From assembly GCA_010405405.1 (NCBI GenBank), contig MU004232.1, forward strand, positions 1,817,481 to 1,881,480: a stretch of 64,000 nucleotides of DNA. Reading direction: 5' to 3'. The stretch's first letter is position 1. Every line of letters begins with the position of its first letter. This stretch comes from Microthyrium microscopicum. Lineage: Eukaryota. Shown piece after piece: positions 12,300-23,962 of the stretch. A model generated the notes under the pieces. The model made no database searches. It was not told where the DNA came from and saw only the letters and a list, made by a program, of their open reading frames with translations. Position numbers and translations under genes: made by a program.

Positions 12300-15200
12300 T
12301 TAAAGCTAGGTAAAATACTAATTATTTAATATAGTCTTATGCTATAATAAAAGATATATAATATTATATAAAATTAGCTATTAACTAATTAAGGAATAGT
12401 TATATTAGATCCTTCTCTTTAGATATAAGTCTTCTTAATAGTACTTTAATTCCTCTCTATATTTCTATAAGTAGTAGTTTTAGATTATCTTTTTATTTCT
12501 ATATTACCTTGTTTTTAATATAGATAGCCTCTATAGTAATAATAGCTATCTACTATAAATTTTTATTTATCTTTATAGTACTAGCTATTACTTACGTCTA
12601 GTTAAAAGTTATACTATTATAATAGTCTTAATAAGATAAATCTAATAATAATAGTTTTATAGAATAATTCTAAGAAATTAATCTTTTAGTACAATAATGC
12701 TTTTAAGTCCTTCTATTTATATATTCTAAGTCTAAATCTATAGCCTTATAACTATATAGTTTACTAAGCTAGTTAACTAAGCTAGAAGCTAATATAGTAC
12801 GTTATAACTCTAGTTTATTAATAATATCTAGTATATTCTACTTAAGCTACATTATCTTATTACTATAATTATTAGAACTAAACCTATAAAACTAATACAT
12901 TATAGAATTAATTAGCTAATAAAGTAAACTAATATCTATATATTTAATAGCGTACTTTAGAGTTAATAATAAGTAGATTTTTTATATATATTAATATAAC
13001 GTCTAGAACTAAATATTAATAGCCTCTAGTACTATTATACTACCTTCTTTATTCTTATATAAACTAGTTTAACTCTCTACCTAATATATAAGAATTTAAA
13101 TATCCTAAATAATTTTAACTACCTAATCTACTATTAATATTTTAATAATATCTCTTATAACTATATTATCTATTAATATATTAGAAGTTATATTTAGAGA
13201 ATAGTATCTATAATAATATAAAGTAAGCTTAAATAAAGCTAGGTTTTAAGTATTAAATACTTATTTTAGAATAGGTTCTAGCTTATATAACTAGACAGAC
13301 TAGCGTATTTTATTCTTTAGACAACCCTAAATAGTAATATTATACTTAATAGAATATAAAGCATGCTTATAATAGTCAATAAGTCCTTAATAACTCTTTA
13401 TAATACTCTTTCTAAGATACTTTTAAGTATAAAACTACTTAATAACTAAATAAAGCTACTCCTTTTAATTAAAAGCCTAAGATAAATAAAACTACTTAAA
13501 TTTAATAGCTTAATTATTCTTTACGCTAAGTTAATCTTTATATATAAGAAATAAGTAGTAGATAAATATATAAGGTTTACCTATTAATAAGTTAATTAGC
13601 TACTAATATTAGTAAAAGTTTATACCTAATATATCTATTTTATCTAAGCTAAGTTCTAGAAACTTAAGTACGTTTATAAAAATCTTATAATATATATTAT
13701 ATATACTATTTATAGTACCCTTATTTTTAAATATACTAATAAGCTATTAATATTTAGTTTTAATAGAGGAAAATTAATTAAGCTATAGCTATATTAGTTC
13801 TTTCTTCTTATTCTTATTACTAATGAACCTCCTTTTAAGTTAAGTATTAAAGGTAACTATAAGACTCTTATATATTAAAACTTTCTTAATAGTATTAGCT
13901 ATAAATTTACTAGTTACGTACTCTTTATAAAAAAGGGAGTCTATAATTAAGCGTAGAGGTAATTTATAAGTTAGATTATATATATCTTAAATTAAACTAC
14001 TAAGTAGATAATAAGAATATCTAACTATAATAGCTATAGTTAGATTTCTTATAATATAACTATAGCTAATTCTCTTATTCTAAACTTAATCCTTATAGTT
14101 AAAGTTATTATATATAAGTACTAACTAAAGATTATAGGCAAAGGTAGTAAGCTATTCCTATAAATACTTTAGCTTAAGGTTATAAACTAATTATAGAATA
14201 CTAAAGGCTAATAAGGTTAATTATAGAATATATAAGGATAATTAAGTAAGTATTCTAGTATCTATATTCTATAGACTATAGATAATATAATACTTACTAA
14301 TAAGTAAAAGCTAGTAAGAAGTATTAAGAATAGATATAGAATATATAGAGATACTTATATAAGTATTCTAATATTTATATTCTACTATAAGAGTAATACT
14401 AGAAGGATTATAGAGCGATATATAAGTTATTATAAGGAATAAGGAGAAATAATATAAGATATACTAATTTTATAATAGAGTATCTTACTAGTAAAAAACT
14501 AGTAATTTAATTAATAACTTATACTATATAGTTATACTTATAGTAAATACTAAATATACTAAACGTTTATATTACTCTTCTTTTAATACTAACGCAATAG
14601 AGATATACGCCTAATAGTATAAAGAATTAGTTAGAATTCTAATAAGCTTAATAGCTATATATAACTATAGTAATAAGGAAGATATATTAATTATTAATAT
14701 AAGGTTTTTAAGGTTTATAAAATTTAAACCTACTCTAATCGTTTTATATAATATCTTAATAGAAAGCAAACTACTATAGAGCTAGAAGCTTTAGTTATTA
14801 TATACCTATAGAGAAATTAATAGTAAAAGGAGTAGTTTTAATATTAAATTAGCTAAAGCAAATAGTCTTTAAAAGAGCTTAGAACTTACTTTTAAAGCTT
14901 TATAGATACCTATTACTCTTAATTAAGTCTATAAAATAGTACGTAGTAAGTACGTTATCTAAAACTATACGACGACTTTCTACTATTAGATAATACTAAT
15001 ACTATATAATAAGGTTAGAATCTTAATTATTTACGCTAACCTAAGTATCTAAAAACTTAATAAACGTCTATAAGATTAACTAAATATATAATAATACTAA
15101 CTTAAGCTTCTACTTAGTACTAAGTTACTAACTACGCTAAATAAGTAAAAAACGGTAAGTATTATTTAATTCTAATTCTTTATTATCCTCTTTACTACTT

Positions 15201-15600
15201 AATAAATTACTAATCTAGCTAAGTAAAAAGTAAGGATTAATAAGTAAACTAGAGTTTCTAGGCTATAGTAAGGTATTAATAAGTAATAATAATAGTAATA
15301 TTAATATAAGAGGTAAACTAGATAGCCTTTTAGACTAAAATTACTATTATAGCTATATTAAAGATATTAATAGTCGCATTATAGAACTAAGTAGCCTACT
15401 AGTATTAAAACTATAATAAGCCTAATACTTAGAACTAATATAACGCTTTTAGGTAGACATAGTAAAAATAAATAATAGAGATAAAGAAAATAAGTAAGTA
15501 GATATAGAAATAAATATAATAGCGTATATAGTTATAGAAATAATATAGTTTAAAAAGGGCGTATTCTTCTATATAAAGTTAATAGAGCCCTTACTAAAAC
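12300..15600. pseudogene. Heavily RIP-mutated relics of unidentified, apparently intron-containing gene(s)
   Basis: AT-rich and TpA-saturated; intron-like GTAAGT...CTAAT...AG segments on + at ~14947-15013 and ~15155-15218; no TE motif recognised. Confidence 0.4.
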
Positions 15601-15651
15601 TCTATAAAAGTTACTTAGACGTAGTAAGCTACTTTAAAATTACGTACGTCT

Positions 15652-15985
15652 TAAAATATCTAATTAGCTAAGGGCAAGCCTAGTTCTACATAGGATAGCT
15701 AGGGACACTTAGTCAGCAAGAGCCAAAGGCTCTCTGACTAAGCAGAGAGCCGAAGGCGACCTGTTTTTAAAGCAGCTTGCTACGTCTAAGAAACTGAGAT
15801 AAGTGAAGCTTGGGTTAAAATAAGGGGTTAGAGTCAAGAATTACTCTATCATCTCTACACTTGCTAGACTCAAGCATATAGATATTACTGCTTTAATGCA
15901 TCTCACATTAATAAGCTGTGCTCTAGTATCTCTCCGAGCTGCGGGTTGAGGACTACGTACCTAGATGCGAAATTTCAATATCTCA
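15652..15985 (-). repeat. LTR-like segment at the edge of the RIP block
   Basis: Ends TAAAATAT (RIP form of TGAGATAT) and ATATCTCA; internal hairpin CTTAGTCAG..AGAGCC AAA GGCTCT CTGACTAAG; TATA-like motif on the minus strand. No TSD or partner LTR found. Confidence 0.4.
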
Positions 15986-16204
15986 CAGGACACAAATCTC
16001 TGCATCATCTCCATGCTAAGATATATCATCACATTAAAATATGTTTCCTGGTGGATTTAAGTGGCCGACGAAACATGAACCCCCATTTTAGGAGGTAGGA
16101 GGCTGCAGATAAAGCACTATCACTATAATTCAGCCTTGTCCGTCTTCCCCGACAGAAGGCTGAAGCCTCGATGTCGAAGTCGGGCACTAGTGCAAACGGG
16201 CAGG

Positions 16205-16708
16205 TCAATCACCCATTACGGAGTCAAACCCGCGAATTGGTGCAAAACAAGTGTGTAAGGGGATACGGAAATAACTAAATGCTCGCCAAGCTGCACATGC
16301 AGAGACTATGGGCTTCTTCGAGTATGCTCCGACTTTAGAAGGCGCATGGCTGTGTCTTGGTATTGGATGTTCTGAAGTCAGGTTTTTGTGCTGATTCGTA
16401 TTCGAAGGTAAGGAACTAACGAGCAATAGTCGTTTGGAAGGGCTTGCCTTAAATGATTTAGCATAACTGTATGCTCGCTTTTCGATGGATTGATGTTTGA
16501 TATCATGTGCTATGCTCAACAATACCACTACCAATTCACGAGTTGATGATGGTGCTTTGAGGTCAAGATTCAAGGTGATATTTCATTCGAACTTCGCTGA
16601 ATCTACAACTATCTTGCAAATTAATACCTCTTTACGATTAACGTGCAGCCAAAAGTCGGCCGATTTGAGGGAACGGAAAGAGGAGAGATGATTGAAGAAT
16701 GATTTCAT
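16205..16708 (-). pseudogene. Orphan reading frame with one in-frame TGA
   Basis: ATG at 16708 (MKSFFNHL...), about 30 nt after ATATATAG, is in frame with the listed ORF 16205-16573 except for TGA at 16583-16585. No recognisable domain. Confidence 0.3.
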
Positions 16709-16939
16709 TACTTGCGAACTGAATAGTTACAACTATATATTAACAACACCTTACTCTCCATTTGTCTTCTAATTCTAATCTCCACCACATTTCAAGCTAT
16801 AGTTATTCAAATTCTTACAAGATATCGCTCTAGCTCTTGAACTTTTGGTGACAAGCCTTATCCACAATTTATCGAAATGCATCAAGTTTCTTCCGAAGAT
16901 TCGGAAAGTATCAGCTGTACGGTTGAACTTGTTTCTACG

Positions 16940-17482
16940 TTAACGTGCTTTACTTCGAGCAGACTTTGAGTGGTTGAACTTTCCCGATTTGAGAGCTTTG
17001 GATTTCTTTGCTTCATACAGTGCACAGATTTCTCTCATCGATGTGCGTCTGGGAAAGCCCATGGGCCCTATACTCCAGTCCCATATTGTTATGGGTGGCT
17101 CTTTGGTACGATTAAATGACTCATCTATTGGGATCCATTGGATTTTGTCAACACCCGATCCGTAAGCTACAAGCTCGCCCCATTCTGTCTCCGTGAATGT
17201 ACCTTTACCATCAAGGCCAGATGGTGGTATGAATATGTATACCGTTCCTGAAGCGGCTTTGGCTAATGCTCGACTCCAGGTGGTGACGTAGAACTCTAAC
17301 CAGCACTTCTTATCGAACACATCGTCATAAATGATCTTACCGTTTATTTTTGCCCAAGCTTTTGCTTGTTCATGTATCTTTGTATGTGGGGCGTACAGCA
17401 CCAAGCTATTGGGTTTGATGATTCTACTGGCATGCTCGAGAGCACTTTCCAGGCGAGTGTCTGTTCCGCATGTCTTGCCCAT
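16940..17482 (-). CDS. Putative ADP-ribosyl cyclase/CD38-like NAD glycohydrolase domain; probably the 3' part of a longer, disrupted gene
   Basis: 180-aa ORF with ordered motifs LVLY, [39 protein letters not shown], resembling recalled CD38 motifs. The upstream frame continues through TAA/TAG stops. Confidence 0.55.
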   Translation of the reverse strand: [180 protein letters not shown]

Positions 17483-19311
17483 GATATCTTAGAGTCGTGC
17501 AAGTGTCTAGAGTGTTGCCTGTCTAAGGGTGTTGCGGTAGTTCTACTGACACTTGGGATACCTCACCTTTTAAAGTATGGATGCTGGATTTTGTGTTGAA
17601 CTTGAGACGGGGACACAGATAGTCTACAATAGGGGTATAAATGAGTGCGACCCATCTTACGAGGTGAACCGTCACTACGAACGATGAGACATGGACGACA
17701 AAGGATAGTTGTCGAACTAGCTGATGGCGCAGCACTGGTCGCCGTTCAGCTCTGACCAAAGCCTTTATCTCTTAGCAAAGGGTGGGAAACTCGCAACCTC
17801 TTCAAGCAGTAGGCCTTCTCTGTTTTGCGACATCGCCGTTCAACAATCGCTTTCAAGCAGAACAGTAGCAATGTCATGATATCTTGCGAGAAGCTGAGAA
17901 AACGTATTCCAAGAAGTTGAACGGTAGCGTAACCGTACATAGTCGATCCCTAGACATGAATCATGACTGTTCTGAGATATGAGTAGGATATCATTGATCA
18001 GGCACTCTAAGAACATCCTCAAAGACTTCAAACTTGCGTCATTTAGCCGTCATGCGCCATGCTGAGAAAACCGTACTCTAGTGGGATTCAGTGAGCAAAA
18101 TCACCTCAGCTGGACTAGCATCCTCTCGAACTGGAATGCTTCGATTTTTGATATCATGTTCTACGTAATGCTCCCCGTGTCATTTGAAAATCAAGCTCGC
18201 CTAGAATCTGTTCAGCACACTACGTGCTTTGGGCCATGCTTCAAGTGTAGCAAGTAAAGACCACAGCACATCAATGGTATCTAAGCCATGTAGAAGTTAC
18301 TGGCAAGGCCAACCCAGAACGTGGAAGCCACATTAAGTCTGGAGATAATCACTGCAACAGTGCAATCACCCAGCCAAACCAAGCATGCAAAGACCCTGGG
18401 AATTTGCTCCGATTGGTAGGCACACTGCAGATATCAACTGAAAGCACGAAGAAGCTCTTCTCGCTTAAATAACGGCCAAGCAACTTTGAATATCACATTA
18501 GGCAGAAAGAGACCACCATTGGCGGTTTGTCCAGACGGTTTTTGCAACGTTCAAAATGCGACGATGGTTGTAAACGGCGCTGCCCATGTGGGTGATACGA
18601 AATTGGCTGAGAGGCGTTTGATATCCCCCCTGGATAGGTGTAATGAGCCGCGAGCGCCCGTTCTCGGAATCGTATCTTCCTTCCCGATAGGTGGTTGGAA
18701 TGTTGGAATTGGTAGACAGGTTTCTGTTGGATGAAGGAACCTTGGAGTTGGAATTCCCGATTAACGCTAAACACCACGTGGGAGCACACGCGAAGCACGC
18801 GACAGGGGCCTTACCTCGTTGCATCCTGGGATGTTTAGCGTGGAGGCTAACGTGAAAGAGGTTGGAGTGTCATTATTGGTAGCGATATAGAGCAAATTAT
18901 ATCTACCAATGCGAAGCCCAAATCCATCAAGACGTTTAAAGTTATTGTGCTGTAGCCACGAGCCTGACTGACGGGTTTGCAATCCAGGTAGAATGACCGT
19001 TTACATTTCACGCATTGACGATGTATCGTCTAGTGTCCGTGGGCTTGATAGCAGAGAAGACGATCGTCACTCAACGATGCGGTTTCGACGGAAATCTGCA
19101 GCTAGACACCCAGGCCTTCCTTGATTCTTCTTCTTCTCCGTTTCAGGTCGACACGAATCGGGCTTTCGGAATCCTTCCGAACCATTTTGGTGGGATAGGC
19201 GTAGCCTGAAGTGCCTTGCAGGATAAGAAAAGTGATCGCCATGCGAGCGAGCGTGGAATATCCCAGTCGTGCCCAAAGCCTCATTATCAGTCTCAAAGGC
19301 TTAACCTCCAT
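17483..19311 (-). pseudogene. Fragmented multi-exon ORF(s) with a signal-peptide-like start; possible 5' part of the NADase-like gene
   Basis: MAITFLILQGTSGYAYP hydrophobic stretch near 19240; GTAAG donors near 18812 and 17660; in-frame TAG/TAA interruptions. Exon structure not resolved. Confidence 0.35.
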
Positions 19312-19661
19312 GGAACCATGATGCGTAACTACCAGCCTTTATGAGCATACGCAGAGTTTTAGGCGTGGGATTAGAGGATATGACATCTCGCTTGGAGATT
19401 AGAGATTTCTGCGCCTCAAGTAAGCGACAAGCTCCTCAGCTTGTAGCGCAATGCGTGCAGCGGGTCGAATATTTCCCAGATATCCGGACAACTCATCCTT
19501 ACAGCAAATCCTTGAGCAAATGAAAAGAAACAATCGGAATTCGGGAAGTCCAAAGCAGCGAGATACCTAGGACATGGAACGACTCGGATAGTGTACAATG
19601 TGCATTCCGATATCTCTACAGGTGTGTATGTATACCTCGAGCTAACCTGCGAGCCGCTTTC

Positions 19662-21729
19662 TCAACAAGACCAGACGCCGATCATTCCGTCCTTCCGGCC
19701 CTCGATCAAATAGCCATCCTTGATACGCACACGTTCAACAGTCGAAGGCGTAACTCCGTCTTCTTCAGCGGAGAGCCCGGAGCCAAGGTTCCATTGCCGT
19801 CCGTCTGTTTTATCGTACACTTTGACAACATCTTCACCAGCTGCGGCGATAATGCGTCGAGAGTCAAACATCATGCTTGTGATGGGATTGTCGTAGCCGA
19901 ATGCATCATGTATTGATCCGGTGCGCAGATCCCACATCTAAGTAAAGTTAGATATCAATGATGATGTGTTTAAGGGGACAACTTACTCGGATGCTTCGAT
20001 CTAAACTGGCTGTAACTAAATGGATGTCGTCAAACTGGAGTGCTGAAATAGGCCCCGTGTGGCCCACCAAGCTGCGATGTACTTGGCCACTTCTCAGATC
20101 CCATAGACGAACCATTCCATCTGCAGTTCCGCATGCAAGTGCTGCATCAAATACCTGCAAGGCACCAACAAAATCTGCTGCAGCATCTGGTAGTCTTCCG
20201 GTTTGCTTCCATTGGCCTGATGTAGGCTGGGTAGTTGCAGTGGCTTGAGCAGCTGCCCAGAGTACATCGAGTGTTTGCACACATCGGCCTTTTTCTAGAT
20301 CCCATTGTCGAAGCGTTTTGTCTGCAGAGCCAGAGACCAAAGTGTCGCCTCGGAAATGAAGAGCCGTTACTTCCGCCACATGTGCTTCTAAAGAAAAGAG
20401 TGGGCAGTCTTCCATGGATGTTGGTGGAGGTGCTGGAGGCTCATCGCCTTCGTTCTGAAAGTCCAGACCATCGTCTTCGTCAGCGGGGTCGTCTTTGTTG
20501 ATTCGGTTATTGGTATCTCTTGGAGCATATCGAGCTTTGCCTAGATCCCACAATCGAATGCTGGCATCCATAGATCCAGTTGCGACTATGTCTTCCTCGA
20601 CTTGTAGGCATCTTACTGACGAGAGATGGCCTTCGAGCATACCCATACATCGTCCAGCGTTAAGATCCCAGACCCGGACGGTGTCATCCAGTGCTGCAGT
20701 CACCATGGTCCCGAAGGGTATATCAAAATCCATAGCTGTGATCATGTCGTTATGTGCTTGCATTTCTTTGAGTTTGGACCCGGGTTGAAGGTGTTCGTGT
20801 AGAATTGGGGTTGATATTCTGCGATTCGGTCTTCTCCGTCTTATTTTTGGTGAAGGAAGCTTTTCGTAGATGGATTCCGACATGAAATTAGCTCCACTTT
20901 CTGTGTTCTCCTCATCATTATTTGTCGGAGTGGTCGGTGTTTTTGCCAGCGCAGCTGCATCATCCAGTTCTTCTTGTAGATCATCAATCTTATTATCCAG
21001 GCCAACAAGCTCCTCTTCCATATCCATTTCTTCTTGCTCCAAGTTCGCCAGTCGATCTAGCACAATCTGTCGCATATGATTGAGATTTGCGATTTTGGTA
21101 TCAATCTCATAAATCTCTGAGCTACACATATTTTTCCGTATCGCCATCATCTCAAGACGATGCGTCAGGCTTTGTTTATCATTTCTCATGTCGGTTATTT
21201 TGGCATCGGGCCCCTCCAGTGCCTTGTCGCCATCTGTCAAGAGCTTTCTCCCTCGCGAGCCGTGTCGGCCATGCTTGCGCTTGAATTTGTCGTCTTCAGG
21301 CAAACTCGCCCGAAATCCTTGAAAAAGTGAGAACATGCTGTTTCCCGCTGGTATATTGTCGAGTAGATCTTCAGGTACCGACACCAGCGCCCTATGCTGG
21401 ATCTCATTTTTGTTTATAGTTGATCTGTATATTTCGCGCGGCGAGTTCTGGGCGAAGCTGAGGAGAGAACGTTGTATCACCGGTCGGCGCACCTGTCGAT
21501 GTATTTCGCCCAGGGCATTCTGGTACTGATGAACGGTGCCTTCTCCGAGAGAAGAACCTATGAGGTGGGAGGCGGTTGCGGTGACTTTGCGGGAGAAGGT
21601 TTCGATTTGTCGAGTCTATCCAAGTTAGCATCGAATAGCTTCAAAATGACTTGAAAAATATACGGGAAGAAGAGGATCATCGCTTTCACCGGCATCCCAG
21701 CTCACATTAGGGTCGTTTGAGCTGGCCAT
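19662..21729 (-). CDS. MDV1: Mitochondrial division protein Mdv1/Caf4 (coiled coil + WD40 repeats); 2 introns
   Basis: [10 protein letters not shown]-terminal motif, coiled coil, WD40 repeats beginning [30 protein letters not shown] at 21729 inferred through an intron. Confidence 0.92.
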
Positions 21730-22153
21730 GAGAATACTCGATCGAGGTTAGGTGGAGGAGGGAGAGGTCGAGGCGCTATGCGCAGGGGATATGGATGTCC
21801 TTCTAAGCTGCCATGCGGAGATTAAAATGGACTGAAGCTCAAGCAAGACCTAAATCAACATATGAGGCAATGAGGCCGCCGATTGAGACTAACGGTGGTC
21901 GCGTGGGTGGAGTGGTGGATGAAGGCGACATGCAAGATGCAAGCTGTCGTCCTCGTTGGTGTTTGTTTGGGGCAGCTCCTGTCGTCACCAGTTTCCCGGT
22001 TCAATCGAAATGCAACACCAAAAATATCCCCACCCCGGCATCGGCATTTTTTATGGATTGACTCACTGTTCCATTGCCTGAGTCACTAGCTTCATAAAAC
22101 GCTGATTCTTCTGGTGGTGTTTCCAATTACCCCCAAACACCAAAAGTGCTACA

Positions 22154-23049
22154 ATGGACAGCACAATCGACCTGTCCGATGCCTCCAAGGCACTCGATCT
22201 CTTCAACATCAGATACCAACTCATGTACGCAACCTTGAAGATTGTTTTGATATTGGCTGACGCGCAACTAGTCGTTTAGAAGACACCATCACATTTCATC
22301 TGATCGAACGCGCCCAATTCCCTCTCAATGCCACGATCTACAAGGCAGGCGGCATTGCCATTCCCAACAGTGACCTAAGTTTGTTCGACTGGATAATGTC
22401 CGCTTCAGAACGCCTTCATGCACTGGTCCGTCGCTACGAGTCACCCGACGAAACTCCTTTCTTTCCTTCAGCACTTGAGAAACCAATTCTCCAACCACTC
22501 CACTATCCACAAATCCTTCACGCCAACGATGTCAACGTCAATCCTGAGATCAAAGACTCGTACATAAATCACATTCTACCCACAGTCTGCGCACAGCGCG
22601 AGGAAAGACCAGAGCAGCAAGAAAACTATGGCAGTGCGGCAACCATTGATGTACTTGTGCTGCAAAGTCTCTCACGCCGCATTCATTTCGGAAAGTTCGT
22701 GGCCGAGTCAAAATTCCGCACGGAAACAGATCGTTTCGTAAAACTTATCAAGGCGGAAGACCGAAAAGGCATCGATGAAGCTATCACGAATATGGCGGTA
22801 GAACAGCAAGTACTGGATCGGTTAAAGCTGAAGGCGGCCACTTATGGAACAGATCCATCTGGTGGAAGTAGAGATGTTGGCAAAATTGATGTCGATGCCG
22901 TGGTGAACACTTACAAGGTCAGTATTGTACTTGAAGTAACGACTGAAAACGAGGGTACTGACAAATCACAGAATTATGTGATACCGCTAACAAAGGTGGT
23001 CGAGGTTGAGTATCTTATGCAACGTCTGAAAGGAACAGAATGGGAGTGA
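22154..23049 (+). CDS. ARO7: Chorismate mutase; 2 introns
   Basis: ALDLFNIRYQL, RRYESPDETPFF, LQSLSRRIHFGKFVAESKF, VIPLTKVVEVEYLMQRL. Confidence 0.96.
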
Positions 23050-23962
23050 TCCTGATAGAAAGCTAAAGATTAGATCTACATGCCGATATCGTCGAACAAA
23101 ATACTGATACATGCAAACGAGTTAACAGGGAGTTCAACATGTGCTAGGCTTTGAAGTCGAATGCTTCATATTCTGTTCGCAGCGTAAACCCCTCGATTGT
23201 CAGTGCGGTTGACGATGATACACCACTGACAATCATTCTTTAGGATCGACATTGTTTTGACTGGACTCCTGTCGTCAAATAAAGATCTCGATCTTCAAAC
23301 AGAAAGCGAGGGCCAAAATTCATTGAGCCAAATATCTTTCGTCAGGCTGAGGTCGTCGGCTTCTCATTTCACGTCTCCGTGGTGCACACAACCTGCCTTG
23401 CAAGATGTTGAGCCATGTCCTGCGCTTCAAGAGTTTCTCCAGGATGGTCAATTGCCAAAATAATCGATGATTCCATATGCTATATTTAGTGCAGTAGATT
23501 GTTCTGTCCGAGTCTATAATTGAGTTCAGCACAGCCTTGAAATGCAAAATAATGAGTTTCGGCTTAGCACTTCCGTTTAGCCAGTCCTTCGATGTATTGG
23601 AGGTAGAACAGGCCTTTTATGCAATGCAATGTTGAAGGCTCGTCTCCACGACGCTCATTGGGCTTGCGGAAGCAGCTATCGCCTGTGGCATGCGCAGTCG
23701 TCCATATGCGTATGGTGCTGTGTGTAAGGCTGTCCCTTGTGTATGGCTGTTCATGTCTTTAACTGGCGAGCAATACTTTGGAATCTCGTTTGTCTTCTTT
23801 GGAGCGTGTTTATCAATCCTCGGAAATTTTGCTCTTCATGCGATTGCAGCCTCTTTGGACTCAGCTACTAAGTATCATAACCCGAGTAGTCTACACCTTT
23901 CTTTCAGACACTGTCTCCCCGAACATCAGAACACACAATTGTACAGCCCAAACTTTATAGTC

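Larger units (their letters stand above)
1..12300 (-). mobile_element. RIP-degraded Tad1-like LINE (ORF1 zinc knuckles; ORF2 endonuclease-RT-RNase H), interrupted by the Gypsy element at 1618-9200; 3' end lies outside the window and the 5' boundary is approximate
   Basis: Minus-strand translation, read allowing C>T/G>A changes: II*YNYKK (~10900-10930, IIQYNC endonuclease start); VLKKLGKKDYLLLVAY*LIILKNIIVKLVKKII (~9290-9400, VLKKPGKxDY..AYRPIAL.N); KIL*GSFFLLIFF (~1335-1375, GIPQGSPLSPILF); FINNI (~1255-1270, FVDDI); YTNKN (~650-663, RNase H YTDGS); C-x2-C-x3-H-x4-C-like knuckles at ~11430-11510. Confidence 0.85.

Noticed and set aside
23690..23962. N-terminal extensions given by the ORF track (also 36364-36516 and 62876-62992)
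   Set aside because: The signal peptide, typical start, or MCGI N-terminal nucleophile motif point to downstream ATGs.
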